Notes: generated by a model not told the origin, from the sequence alone. A DNA stretch of 64,000 bases from Trichoplax adhaerens (GCF_000150275.1 NW_002060945.1:73872-137871), one strand, 5' to 3'; counted from the first letter of the stretch, positions 13,455 through 25,880 are shown. Program-made: numbers and translations.

Positions 13455-13477
13455 CAGTATAATAGTTAATTTGTACT

Positions 13478-13564
13478 CGCCCGAAAGGCGGAATTGAACC
13501 GCTCCGACGCTAATCGGCTACAGGTTTGAAGCCTGCACCCCACACCAGTGAAGCTCATTCGGGC
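13478..13564 (-). tRNA. tRNA-SeC: tRNA-Sec (selenocysteine, anticodon UCA), 87 nt
   Basis: The minus strand reads GCCCGAATG-AG-CTTCAC-TGGT-GTGGGG-TGCAGG-CTTCAAA-CCTGTA-G-CCGAT-TAGC-GTCGG-A-GCGG-TTCAATT-CCGC-CTTTCGGGC-G. This gives the eukaryotic 9/4 fold with a 6-bp D stem, 6-bp anticodon stem, TCA anticodon, long variable arm and G discriminator, closely resembling vertebrate tRNA-Sec. Confidence 0.98.
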
Positions 13565-13585
13565 AACAATAGATAAGAACTTGTT

Positions 13586-13635
13586 CTTTTTTATAATAAA
13601 CTATAGTTGCGACTACTTCTCTTATGGGTACGAAG
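13586..13635 (-). promoter_or_regulatory. Upstream (type 3) Pol III promoter of tRNA-Sec: TATA box plus PSE-like element
   Basis: The minus strand has TTATTATAAAAAAA at about -23 to -35 and TACCCATAAGAGAAG at about -51 to -65, matching the position and roughly the sequence of a PSE. Animal tRNA-Sec genes are known to use upstream TATA/PSE promoters. Confidence 0.7.
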
Positions 13636-13761
13636 TAGACAAGAAAATTTACATTATAAGGCGTTGCCCCCTAGGGGACTGTATCAAGTCAGGTTACGGA
13701 TCAAGTGAAGTATGAACCACTGACACGAATACTGACTGACTTGTGTATTGTATTGACCAGA

Positions 13762-13885
13762 ATTGACGTAGCGTTGACGTCAAATACATTCTTTGTATGT
13801 TAGGCCTTCAAGAAAGTTAAAAATAGATTGTTACTATATTTAGCCTTAACGTCAATAACACTCGAAAGTAGAATGAGACCAATAT
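13762..13885. promoter_or_regulatory. CRE/bZIP sites and CCAAT box in the tRNA-Sec/kinesin divergent spacer
   Basis: TTGACGTA at 13763, a perfect TTGACGTCAA palindrome at 13774-13783, and GACCAAT at ~13877. Confidence 0.45.
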
Positions 13886-14208
13886 GGTAAATGGGTTACT
13901 GGTGAAATCGGCTAAAACTTGGCTAATGGCCATAGTATTATACAGTATACTCTACGTTAATGTCCGGTATAGTAAGGCTTTTTGATTACAACTTTGATTG
14001 AACCTAATCCTACTACCTTAAACTAGTTGAATACGAACCATCGTTAATCTTCAGTACAGTAGCCTTCAGACTATAGTACTGTACTGTACTGTACACTGTA
14101 CAGTGTACAGTACTTACTGCGCAAACTTTGCTTTGTTTTGTATCTGCACTAAGCCTTTATTACGCTTGCGTAGTAGTATCGTAGCAACAGAAATCCTCTT
14201 ACCAAGTC

Positions 14209-17200
14209 ATGGCGGAGAACGTTCGTGTCGCAGTGCGTGTTCGACCATTTATATCCATTCATTTCTTCACCATTTTCTCCAATTTTTATGTATAGTTAAG
14301 ACTTTATTCTGTCATAGAAAGTATCTATAAGATAATACCATGAAAGTCTGTAATATGACCGTGATTTTAGGCTAAATTCTAACTTATAGTTGTATGGATT
14401 AATTTGTTGACTCCAATCAATCTAGGCTGATGACGGTAGGATTTGATATAGAGCTTAAAAAGTACCCAGCCGATAGTGGAACTCTCAGTATTAGTCTACT
14501 TTTAAGCTTGCTCCGGTAGATTATGCCAATATCGGAATAGAAATATGCATACATACAAAATGAGCTTTTATGCATGTAGTCATGTACCAGCTATTAATTT
14601 TGGTAGCGGTAAATGAACCGCGAAGTGTTAATTAAGCGTACTTTAACATAGGATACAAATGCCTTAAACTATAACGTCGATTTTTTTACTGTATATCGCA
14701 TATTGGCCTTAATATAGATCCAGTCTAAAGTAGATACGATCTGATTACTTTACCCCATTAGAAACCAAATCGTAATAGACGAGTAATAAAGATAGAGTCA
14801 TATCCACAACGATATGTACTGATAATAAGATACATTTAATCATAGATAGACGAACGACTAGTAGTTATATTCATTGCATTGTAAAATAAATTGTCGCATA
14901 AACATTGTATATAGGCAATATATTACTTAAAAAGCAGATACAATCTAATTATTTATGCTATTATAAGCTAGATCACGATATACGAGTATTAGGGGAGAGT
15001 TTTATCCATAAATAATCGTACTAACAGTGAGATACTTTTGATGATAATTGGATTAAAAAATAGTAAAAAATTATTATACTTATTATACTGCGGAAGTGAT
15101 AGATTCTATTAAAAATATGCTTGTCGTCATGTAATTTTTAAAATTAGATATGATCGGATTACTTTACCTTATTATAAACCAATTTACGATATACTGTAGA
15201 TTATTAAAGAGAGAGTTACAACTACAGCCAACCATAACGATAGTTAGATACACTTACAATTAGGTTAAAGGCTACTTTAAGTTATATTCATTACGTTGCA
15301 CAAATAAGCACCACGTCAAAAATTAATGACGATTAGGTATCTTTAAAATACTTCCAAATTGTTTATCAAATTGTTTTATAATACTTTTATAATATCTAAA
15401 TTGCTTCTAATACAAGCATTACATCAGAATTATTGTAGGCACCCTATTGCTTCTACATTACTTTAATTAACACGGACACAAATATACGAGTAGATAACAT
15501 TTATTATCGTTTATTACGAATATCGAATAATGAGCGTCTGTCGTAAATCATCAACTTAGACTTAATTTATCTTAGTATCCATTATATTGTCAACAGCATA
15601 GCATATTTATAATCCTTAACTCTGCCTCACAACGAGCGTGAAAATGCTCGGGGTGCAACTGTTATCATTAACATGATCGACAAGACCACAGAAATTTCCA
15701 ATCCTGCTGAGAAAAATGAAGAACCAAAACGATTTTCATTCGATTACAGTTACTGGTCTCACGATGATTTTACCAAACGTGAAAGTGATGGCTATTTAGT
15801 GCCAGCCTCTCCTCGATATGCTGATCAGGTAATTAGTTAGTGTTTCTGTATCAATAAGAAACTATTCTAAGGCTAGAAATTACTGGCCAATATAAATACA
15901 ATACTCTTTCCTGATTTCGAATTCTTCGAGATAAATGTCTTATATATTCTCGAATTGGATTAAACAACGCTCCTTATCCTATTTATTTTGTCTAGCTACG
16001 TGTATTTAAAGACTTGGGCCAAGGTGTCTTAGATAACGCCTGGAAGGGCTATAATTGTTCTCTATTCGCTTATGGGCAAACAGGATCGGGTAAATCATAC
16101 TCTATGGTTGGCTATGGAGCTAATAAAGGTAATGCACCTATTGTACTTATCAGTAACCCGTAAGAAATCTTAGCTGATGGTTACGTCTTCAAGAATTGCT
16201 ATCTTAACTAGTCTTAAATCTAATAATTAACCTAAAAGGGCTAAAATAAATTATAAGTAATATATATGGATACACTAACTCCCAAATTTGATTTTAATTC
16301 CTGTAGGTATTATACCTGTGGCATGTCAAGAACTATTTAATACCATAAATGAAAAGAAAAGTGGAGGAGATACGACCGAGTTTGAAGTAATTGTCAATTT
16401 ATGTATAATTTTATTGTACTTCAATCTAATTTCTCTTCTATTCTTGTCTTAATTTAATAGATTAATTTTAGTATGTTAGAAATCTACAATGAACAGGTAA
16501 GATTGATTACAATTAAATTAATACATGATAAAATATCTTTTACAGAACACTTTCTACTGGTTTTTTATACGTCCAAACTTATCATTTCACATAGTCAAAG
16601 TAATCCTTATATAATTAAAATTCATTGTTTGCCATGACTAACTGTCTGTAGGTACGCGATCTACTAAATCCTAAAGGACCAAGTGTGCAGAAAGGGGGTT
16701 TAAAAATTCGTCAACATCCCTCGAAAGGTTTCTATGGTAAGATATTGTTCCTATTAAAATGTAGTTAAATGAAGCATCACAGGTCGATCTTTTTGGCCAC
16801 TAAATCTACAACCTAGATTATGCATTTCCCTATTATTACCATATTAATCTTATCTCTTATTCAAAAAATTTAAAATTTTCTAACATTTTTATTAGTTGAA
16901 GAATTGAAGAATGTACCTGTTACTAGTTACAAAGATATTGAAAATAGAATGGAAGAAGGAACGCGTAATAGAACTATTGCAGCAACTAATATGAATGCAA
17001 CAAGCAGGTTAATGCTCGTAATAATCAAATCTATTTACTGGAATACGTTGAGGACTAACCCAGTTTATAGCTAGTAGATCAATCTGTTAATGAAATACCT
17101 TCACTTTTTCTTTAATTTAGTCGCGCACATACAATTGTTGCCATTACATTTAAGCAAAAAACGAAAGCTAAAGGCAATCAAAGTATGACCCGAACATCGA

Positions 17201-20200
17201 CAATGAACCTTGTCGATTTAGCTGGCAGGTAGATCTTATATAGTTTAAGTTTTATATGCGTATAGTTTGATCGGCTTTTAAATTATTCTTATATTAGCTC
17301 AGCTTTATTGCTATAATTTTTAGTGATATAATAAAATCTTACATTTCTTTATTAGTGAGCGTGCAGAATCAACAGGAGCTACTGGAGATCGTTTGAAAGA
17401 AGGATCAGCTATTAATTTATCACTAACAATTCTTGGTAATGTTATTAAAGGTGAGTTGAAATCTTCCAACTACTTACTGTACTTTATATTACTATCAGGT
17501 GACTTTTATTAATATAGGAAATCATATCTTACCCGCCGATTTTCTTATTCTATAACAGCTTTAGCTGATCGTTCATCATCGAAAAAGAGTGTTATTGGTA
17601 AGTTTAGTAAGGGATGAGAGATTCCAATGTTTAGGATCCTAGAAAGTAGCCTATAGCTGCAGAACTATAATCTAGCCTATATTTACTATTAAACTAATTT
17701 TGTCATCTCATTTTTCGATTAATCCAATAGTCCCATTTCGTGATTCTGCTCTTACCAAATTATTAAAGAATGCCTTAGACGGAAACAGCAAGACCATTAT
17801 GGTGAATCAAGATCTTTTAAATTAATCTTGTCATAATATGTGTTTCTACAGATATCATAGATCTTACAATGATAATTACAGCCAATTCTAATTCTACCAT
17901 ATTCGTATCATTTAAGATTGCTGCTTTGAGCCCTGCTGATATTAATTATGACGAAACATTATCAACGTTGAGATTTGGTTAGAAGAAATCAATGCAATTC
18001 TTTTCATGTATTGTAATCTGGTATATTAGGATCTATTTTTATTGTATCTAACTATTGCATTATATCTGGTTCTAATAGCTGATCGAGCTAAAAGCATCAA
18101 GACAAAAGCTGTTGTTAATGAAAGCCCTACAGAAAAATTAATTCGTGAGTTAAAGGAAGAAAATGCAAGACTTTTAGCTCAATTAAAAGGTGCAGGAACA
18201 GTCCAAGAAGTGAAAGTCAAAGATGACGGTAAATTAATGTAAAGCAAATTTATAATCAACCATTAGATAGAGATTCTCATATTATACCATGAATCGTCAA
18301 TAGGATATTATTTGTAACGCAACACTATAGAAAGATTTTCGTGATATGAGCCGATAGAGAAATTATTCACATATCAACTGTATTTAGTTCTATTCCTGTA
18401 AAAAATAAATCCATGTACATCACGTAAATAATACCGTTACTAATAGTGTCGATAAGGCAGTAATACTCCAAAAATCTCAGCATTTATCCAAGTAATTATG
18501 ATCTGAGATTAAATGATCAACATGATTTATTTTTTATAGTTGAAGTAGAAGAGATGAGAAAAGAAATGGAAGAAGTGGTAATTTGTAAATGACTAATCTG
18601 ATATCTAGTATGTCATTGATAGACTAATGTTTCTTTTATTCCTGGTATCTCAAGATTCGTCAAAATGAAAGAGAGATGGAAGAGATGAAAAAATCGTGGG
18701 AGCAAAAATTGAAAGAATCCACAAAATCTCAAGAGGTTATTATCTATTACCTTGATGTGAATTTATTTTAAAAGTAACATCAACTTCTAGTTTAACCCAT
18801 GCTTAATGTTGACATAATTAGGCTACTGAAGAGAACCGATTGCGTGATAAAAGAAAAACAACTCCACATTTATGGAATCTAAATGAAGATCCTCAATTAA
18901 CTGGTGTTGTTGTACACTTCGTCGACCCAGGTTTTTACTCTAGTTAAAATGCACGAGGGGCAATATATATATAAAGATTAGTCAATCTATCCTGAAAATG
19001 ACAAAGAGGTGCCTTGCAAAATTTTAAATTTAAAAAATGATTTAATAGGTGAAAATACAATTGGCAATAGTAAAGCTGAACCGGAACCTAACATTGTCTT
19101 GAATGGCCTAAGGTTTATTTTTTACTTTGCTTAAATATATAATGATAAAAATAACAGAGCTATTTACATTCTCAAATTGATAATAAGCATAATGATCAAA
19201 TGTGGAAGCCTTGCATCTTATGATCGAATTTACTTTTATTATACAGTATTCAACAGCAACATGCCATCATTAAATTCAAGAATGATGTTGTAACAATCTT
19301 TCCTGGTCCTGATCTGGCTAAAACTGTTGTAAATGGTGAACCAGTTACTGGAGAGACTATACTTCACCATAATGATCGGTGAGGCATCCATTGCCATATC
19401 TTACATACACGATAACGGTAGCAAAGTAGGCGCAGATTGATCGAACCTGGCTAATCGTCAACTTTTAATTTAGGATTGTCTTTGGCTCGAATCATATTTA
19501 CGTACTCAATTATCCAGCAGAGTTTAAGGCAGCGCAAGAAACAGGCAAAGAATTTCGAGAAGTAACATGGGATCTAATTCAGAAAGAAATTGCTAAAAGT
19601 TCTGGATTTGACATGGACACTAAGGGAAAATCGAAAGGTTAGAAATTGTTTAATGAGTTATTTGTAACTATCATATTTGCTATTATATTATTTTATAATT
19701 GTTAAAATATGGCTCTGACATCAAGTGGTACAGCAAGTAAAGTTTTCGTGAATATTAATAGTTGAAAATAAGAGCAACTTTATTTTTTAAAGTAGTTGAT
19801 TTCCTATATCTATGACTGATAGGATTAAGACATTAAGTATTAGCTACAGTCTATTTAAATAGTGGTAATAATCGATGATTAAGAGCAATGTCTTTAGTTA
19901 GCATTACTGCTATTCTGTAGCTGTCAGATTATACTCGTAGCTTAACCTTATAAAAATGACAACCACAGCTGGCAGTAATAGACTAAGATATATAGGACTG
20001 ATATAGATATAAACACGTTTATTTCATAACATTTAGAGGAACTGCTATTACAAGAAGATTTAATGAAAATTATGCAATTTATTAGCGAAGCTAATGCTAT
20101 GAGTGAAGAGTTAAATAAGAAGGTCAGAAAGGGTTGTTACTATTTGAGTAGATTTTTATTTAGTACCGAATTAGTTTTTGACAGTTTTAACTGGATATGA

Positions 20201-22901
20201 TAAAATAGGTCGTCTTTGAGATTGTATTAGTATCTCCACAAGCTCGAGGTCTAAAAGAAGGAAGAACGGAGGTAAAAATTATTCTATACCTCTCGATAGT
20301 AATGGAAATGAGTCAAATGACTTCCATTACTTATCTATATAATTTATTAATTAGTATAAGTCTCATTCTTCTAATCTGCAATGACATCTTTTGCACTCTT
20401 TCATTCCAAACAATTGGATATAGATCTTCGTTAGAATGCGTAATTTACTTAACGATGCATCTTGGCTATGGGACAAGGATAAGTTTATTAATCGAAAATT
20501 TCTCATGCAAGAAATGTATCAAAATTTCTTACAAACTGGAGAAAATAAAGTTGATAAGGAGGTACAGTATTTAAACTTTAATTGACTGGAAAAACTGAAT
20601 CAGAATAAACGAATTACCCATATTAAAAATAATACATTGACGACTTTACCTGGATAATATTTATAGGATGAAGATCCATTTTGGGAACCTAGCGATGCCT
20701 ATGTGCTAGTTGGATCTGTACAAGTTTATTTAGAAACTTTAGCCTATATGGTATATCCAAATTTAATTCAATTTTGCATATAGTAATGAATCAAAATAGA
20801 GCACTGTTGTCGTCTAGTCGATCGCAATTAGTTTAAGATACTCATATGAAAGATGGAAATGAAGAGGGATAAAAATTAGTACCTACAATAATCTTTGAAT
20901 GTCTTTTTTCTTTCCTCTTTTAGTTTGACATGGAGGAGTCGCTGAATATAACTGATTTTAAAGGCAATCAAAATGGTATTATGAGTATTTCAGCTGTTCC
21001 TTGTAAAGCTGACGGAAGTGATTTAGAAGAAGATGCTGACGATATTGAAAGTCCAGAAGATCTTGTAATTTTTATTTCAACTTAATTCAATATCTTCATA
21101 AATCGTATCAGTGAAATATAGATTTTCAAATTTTAACTACACCAGCACTTTCTAGTAGATTTTCTCATTTTGTCCTCTCTATTTTGCTACTCTAGATTGG
21201 AAAAGCATTATATTTTAACCTTAATATCAATAATATTCGTGGATTGCCAATGAAATATAATAAGGTAGTTCCATTTGTAACGCATATAAATTTCTTTGTA
21301 ATAAGTATAGCTGTCACTTAGGAATCATGACGCGATTAATCTGCATATTTGCTATGATTATTCGATCTAATAATGTTATATAATGTAATTATCGTCTTTT
21401 AGAAAGTCTACTGTAAGTACAAGTTTTACCTTGACACTAAAGAATACAGAACAAAAGTAGTTGAAGGTACAATCAATCCTGACTTCAAATATACGGAAAG
21501 ATTTTCATTCCCAACAGTAACGAATCAGGTAAATAAAGCAACACTCCCTTCGATAAACACCTCAACTAAAATTAAAGTTAATGGGAGAATTTTTTGATGT
21601 TCTATACATAGATAGCGATTAGTACTATAACTAAATATGTTAAGAATTGTTTTCGAATTTTTTGCTGCCGCATCTCGTATAACCAGAGTTAATCTCCTTT
21701 AACTTGATAGGAAATAGATCCCTCGATCATGTAATATTTATAGTATGCTTGAGTATTATTTTACATCCGGCTACGTTAAAGTTTACTTTAATCATATTAA
21801 AAGTGTTAGTAGCTCCTTTATGGTATTTTGATTGATGGCTATGATTAAAGTAAATTGTATGAAGGAAGGAAAAGACTGATAGGAATGAGATATCCTCCAA
21901 ATTAATAATTATCTGTAGTTTAAAGGAATGATAGGAAAAATCGACAGTAAGAGTAAATTTTATCAAACTAGGTAACCAATTACTAATCTACAACAATCTC
22001 ATTTTATCTTATATTATAGCTAGTGGAATATTTAGAGAATCAAGCATTTACAATTGAGGTTTACGGGCAGCAAAATATTGAGACCCCACAAAATAAAGTT
22101 GCGATGTCGACAAAACAATTACAACATGCAGATTCACTGAAACAAGGCAATTTGGCCATCAATGGCGGAAATGCTAACGCAGTAATGGTAGGTTATGTTG
22201 TATTTTTTGTCTATTGTTAGGCGTACTAGGATGATCAATCTCTAAAACTAAAATACTTACAAATAAATCTATCCAATAAGCACAATAAAATAGTCTGAAC
22301 TGTCACTTCATTAGACACATCATCATTATATCTAAATTAGTTGATATTCCCGTTAATACTAGGATAAAGATGAAATTTTTAAGTTAAAATGCAGTTTAGC
22401 TGCGGCTGCAAGGCGATTAGCTAGAAAAGATGGAAAACTGGTTAGTTATATATCATTCGATGGTTAATGGCATGATAGGGCTGTTTACATGTGCCTGACT
22501 ATATCACTGATCTTATGAATAAGATTCATAAATTAATTTATAAAACTGTACAAATGTCATCTGATAAATTATTAATTCATTTAGAAACGTTTAAGTAAAT
22601 TAGTCCGAGAAACCAGGACTCAAAAATTAGATGCCATCAAGGTAATGTTTTTATCTATAGCAATATAAAAAATTTCAGCTTTATAACATAAGCTATAGTG
22701 ACAGAATAGATGTAGTACGAACTAAAAGCTATTACTTGTCTCATCTAATATCTTGGTATAACGCTTTCATAATTACAGATAGATAAAGTGGAAAAAATTT
22801 TGAATACGACTGATTCAAAATTATTTAAGAGTGCAGCAAAGTTGGTTATGATGCAAAAGAAAGCCGAAATGAATAACAGCCAAGTCTGCAGTATTCAATA
22901 A
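14209..22901 (+). CDS. KIF28: Kinesin-3 family motor, KIF28/KLP-6-like (~30 exons)
   Basis: Spliced translation gives [14 protein letters not shown]|[28 protein letters not shown] (P-loop), [46 protein letters not shown] and TLRFADRAK. It continues with coiled coil, [12 protein letters not shown] plus an FHA domain (LHHNDRIVFG), [26 protein letters not shown] and a C2-like region, and ends ...SQVCSIQ* (TAA 22899-22901). Confidence 0.92.
14251..15630 (+). other. U12-type (minor spliceosome) AT-AC intron 1 of the kinesin gene
   Basis: The 5' end is ATATCCATTC, the branch site TCCTTAAC is at 15613-15620, and the terminal AC is 10 nt later. Removal joins RVRPF to NERE in frame, and there is no GT at the junction. 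Confidence 0.93.
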
Positions 22902-23824
22902 CTCTTGATAGCAAATTTTATTTCTCCATAAAAAATGATGGCTGTCTTCACATCTTTTAAAGTTCCTAGTTTATAACATGATGTACCGCTTTAAATATTC
23001 GTAACGTCAATTTATTAAGTATCGTTATCAACAAAATATTTCTGTAGTGATTTAGTCACTGAGTATAGCGATTACTTTACTTTAATTTAGTTAGCTGTAA
23101 TAACGATTAAAATGTATTACAGAGTATAGTAAAAGTTACCATGCTGACATTGTTATTTTTGCTGCAATCGATCAACATAATTGACTGATGAAGTACGAGT
23201 ATATAAAAGCACCTATACTACATATACAGCTATAAATTTTAATGTAACCTAGCATGTATTTTATTGACAAGCGTTTTTACTTTAAAACGTACGTAATAAT
23301 ATTAGTCAAACAGCGCTAACCAAATATTGAAGGATATTTCTTTGACAATTGTACTATTAGAATATAGTTAGTACATGCCAATCTTTTTTACCGTCATAAT
23401 ACGACAGCTTTTGTCATAAACCTAAATATACGTTGATAATAAATAATTTGAATTGATCCTGTCTAAATACTGTATTTCATTCCATTTCAGTATATTATAG
23501 TCATCAACCATTAAAATATAGTATCTGTTCTATATACTGATCAATTTCATTCTTATATAAATTTTATATAAGCTCTAGTCTTGTGCATAAAGGAAATAAA
23601 AAAATTTGCATCATTACAAGACGATTATGAGATAGTCATGTCTCTCTATGATGAGTTTGCTACTTTTAGGGTTCTCCAGTAAAAATCTACAACTGAAGAT
23701 GCCATCGTTAAGCAATCTTAACCAACAGCATTAGATGTAATAGAGACTGCAAGATATACCCGTAAATACAAATATTGGCAACTATAGCTATCTAAGTTCG
23801 TGTAACACAGGTTCTCTAAAAGTT

Positions 23825-25880
23825 TCACTCTTCGCTATCAGTATTTTGAGAATTTTCAGATATATCTCCAAGCTCTATTTCTAATAAACGAATTTCCATA
23901 GACAATTGCTTAATTCTCATATTTAATTTTCCAAGATCTGTTGGCTCAGCAATATACTTGTATGCTTTAGTAAATACTGATTGCTTTTGGGGATCATCCT
24001 GTATAAGTAATATGGGTAGACATCAATTTAATATAAGCTACAGCTATAAATAACGTTATAGCAAAGATCATTTCATACGTTAAGCTCGATAGATTCCTGC
24101 ACTTGTGATAGATGATAGGCCACTGCAGCTTTTCTACGTAGTAATAACATGGTATCGAAACCGGTATGGGCTATATTTGTAATATAGAGCAAAAAAATTT
24201 CAGAATTTTATTTACTGTAAATGGTGAAACAAAACTTTGGAAAACTTTAGATTTAAATTAGAATAAAATACCACAAATTGCAAGTGCTGCCCCACTAATG
24301 ACCGAATTGAATAGAACAGGCAATGTGCCGCCTAAGTAAAACATTTTTTAAATCAAATTAAATAGTTTTCACTAGTTTTGTTATGCTATTAAATTGATAA
24401 CAATGGTCGGTCTATTTACCAGAAATAGCGGTAATTGCCATTAACGTTAATCCACCACAACCCGCAGTTTTAATATACGGGTGAACTTGATTGATGCCAG
24501 CAATGTCCGTATGGTCGGTAATTTTACGAAAAGCTGAAGGAATAAAGACTGGTTAATTTCAAGATAGTTACTAGTGCATCCGTTAAGTACATTACCATTG
24601 TATTTCTATCGTCCTAGACATTTAGTGCCAAGCACGATGAAATTATGAAATAACAATGTCCATATAATAATTATACGGTTTAATCATTACGATATCATTA
24701 TAACTTTAAATTCAAATCGTGGTAAAATTAAGTTCAATTTTGTATGACTTAGATAATTGATTTGTGAAAGGCTGGCTATTATTATCCACACATTTAATTA
24801 TTTTAGTATCAGCTAGCTTACTAAAAAATAATCCAGTCAAAATGGCGCCATTAAAGCCGAATGAAGCAGAATAGGCTAATTTAGGGCGTTTGATCCAAGC
24901 TGCGTAGGAAAAGCCAGCAACAACACCAGAAGCACCTGCGAACGAATGATTATGGTTGAATAAGTTAGTATGTATTATTTAGCTGAGGATAAACAAACAA
25001 GATGTTCTAGATTAGTTTGAGGTGCATTGATACTTTTGAAATTACCACTACAGTTTATAGTTTTGTGGATCATTACAACATTGAACGACATTATTTACAT
25101 CAAACATGATCAACTGATTGAATGTATTCATGCAGTGACTACAGCATAGCAATAATATCATAGAAGCGGCTAAAATTACATGATTGTAAACTACATACTC
25201 CTAAACTAATTTACAGTATATCATTGCTTAATCTAACGACAGACAACAAGTTGCTTCCTTTTAGACGTATGTGAATTGGCGCTGTTGTACTCACAACACT
25301 GTCTAGATAATTTCATACATGTTTACGTTATATTACATCTTTTGCATGATATTTGCATATTCATAACTTCTATTAGAATATTACGATAACTACGTGATTA
25401 TAACAAGAGAATTAAAGGACAGGAATAAGATTTCACCAATTGAATAGATAATTATGGTATCTTGATCTATCATCTTCATTAAACTAATAAGCATCCGACT
25501 AAAAGAATGGGTTCAATATCTACAGGTTTACTTAAAGCCACTGCTATTTGTCTTTATGTTGTAATATTACCTGCTATGGAAGCATACTGTAATATTAAAT
25601 AGGCTTCTTTTGGATTCTTTCGAACTCCATACTTATAGCCTAGGCCACAGACCGCACCTGCACTGCCTATTTAAGATTTATTACAAGTTAGTGATTTTCC
25701 TAAATATACTTGCTATGAGTATTACAAGGTTAAAGCTACTTGATTGACTATCATGATGATAAGAGAAATTGAGGCTATTTTATTTTATTAGCCATCATAA
25801 TTATTTGATGATAGATTCAAATAAGAGCCATAGGGCAAAGTACACCTACCTCCGATCAGAATATACTTTGCATGATTCAT
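23825..25880 (-). CDS. Gly/Ala-rich multi-pass membrane protein with C-terminal coiled coil (Tim17/22/23-like, uncertain); 7 coding exons, absent from the ORF track
   Basis: GT-AG exons join in phase: MNHAKYILIG|GSAGAVCGLGYKYGVRKNPKEAYLILQYASIA|GASGVVAGFSYAAWIKRPKLAYSASFGFNGAILTGLFF|TFRKITDHTDIAGINQVHPYIKTAGCGGLTLMAITAIS|GGTLPVLFNSVISGAALAIC|AHTGFDTMLLLRRKAAVAYHLSQVQESIELN|DDPQKQ...LNMRIKQLSMEIRLLEIELGDISENSQNTDSEE*. The start codon is tentative. Confidence 0.8.

Noticed and set aside
20751-20923. Kinesin intron starting GTATATCC as a second U12 intron
   Set aside because: It does not match GTATCCTT, has no TCCTTAAC branch site, and ends in a normal pyrimidine tract plus AG.
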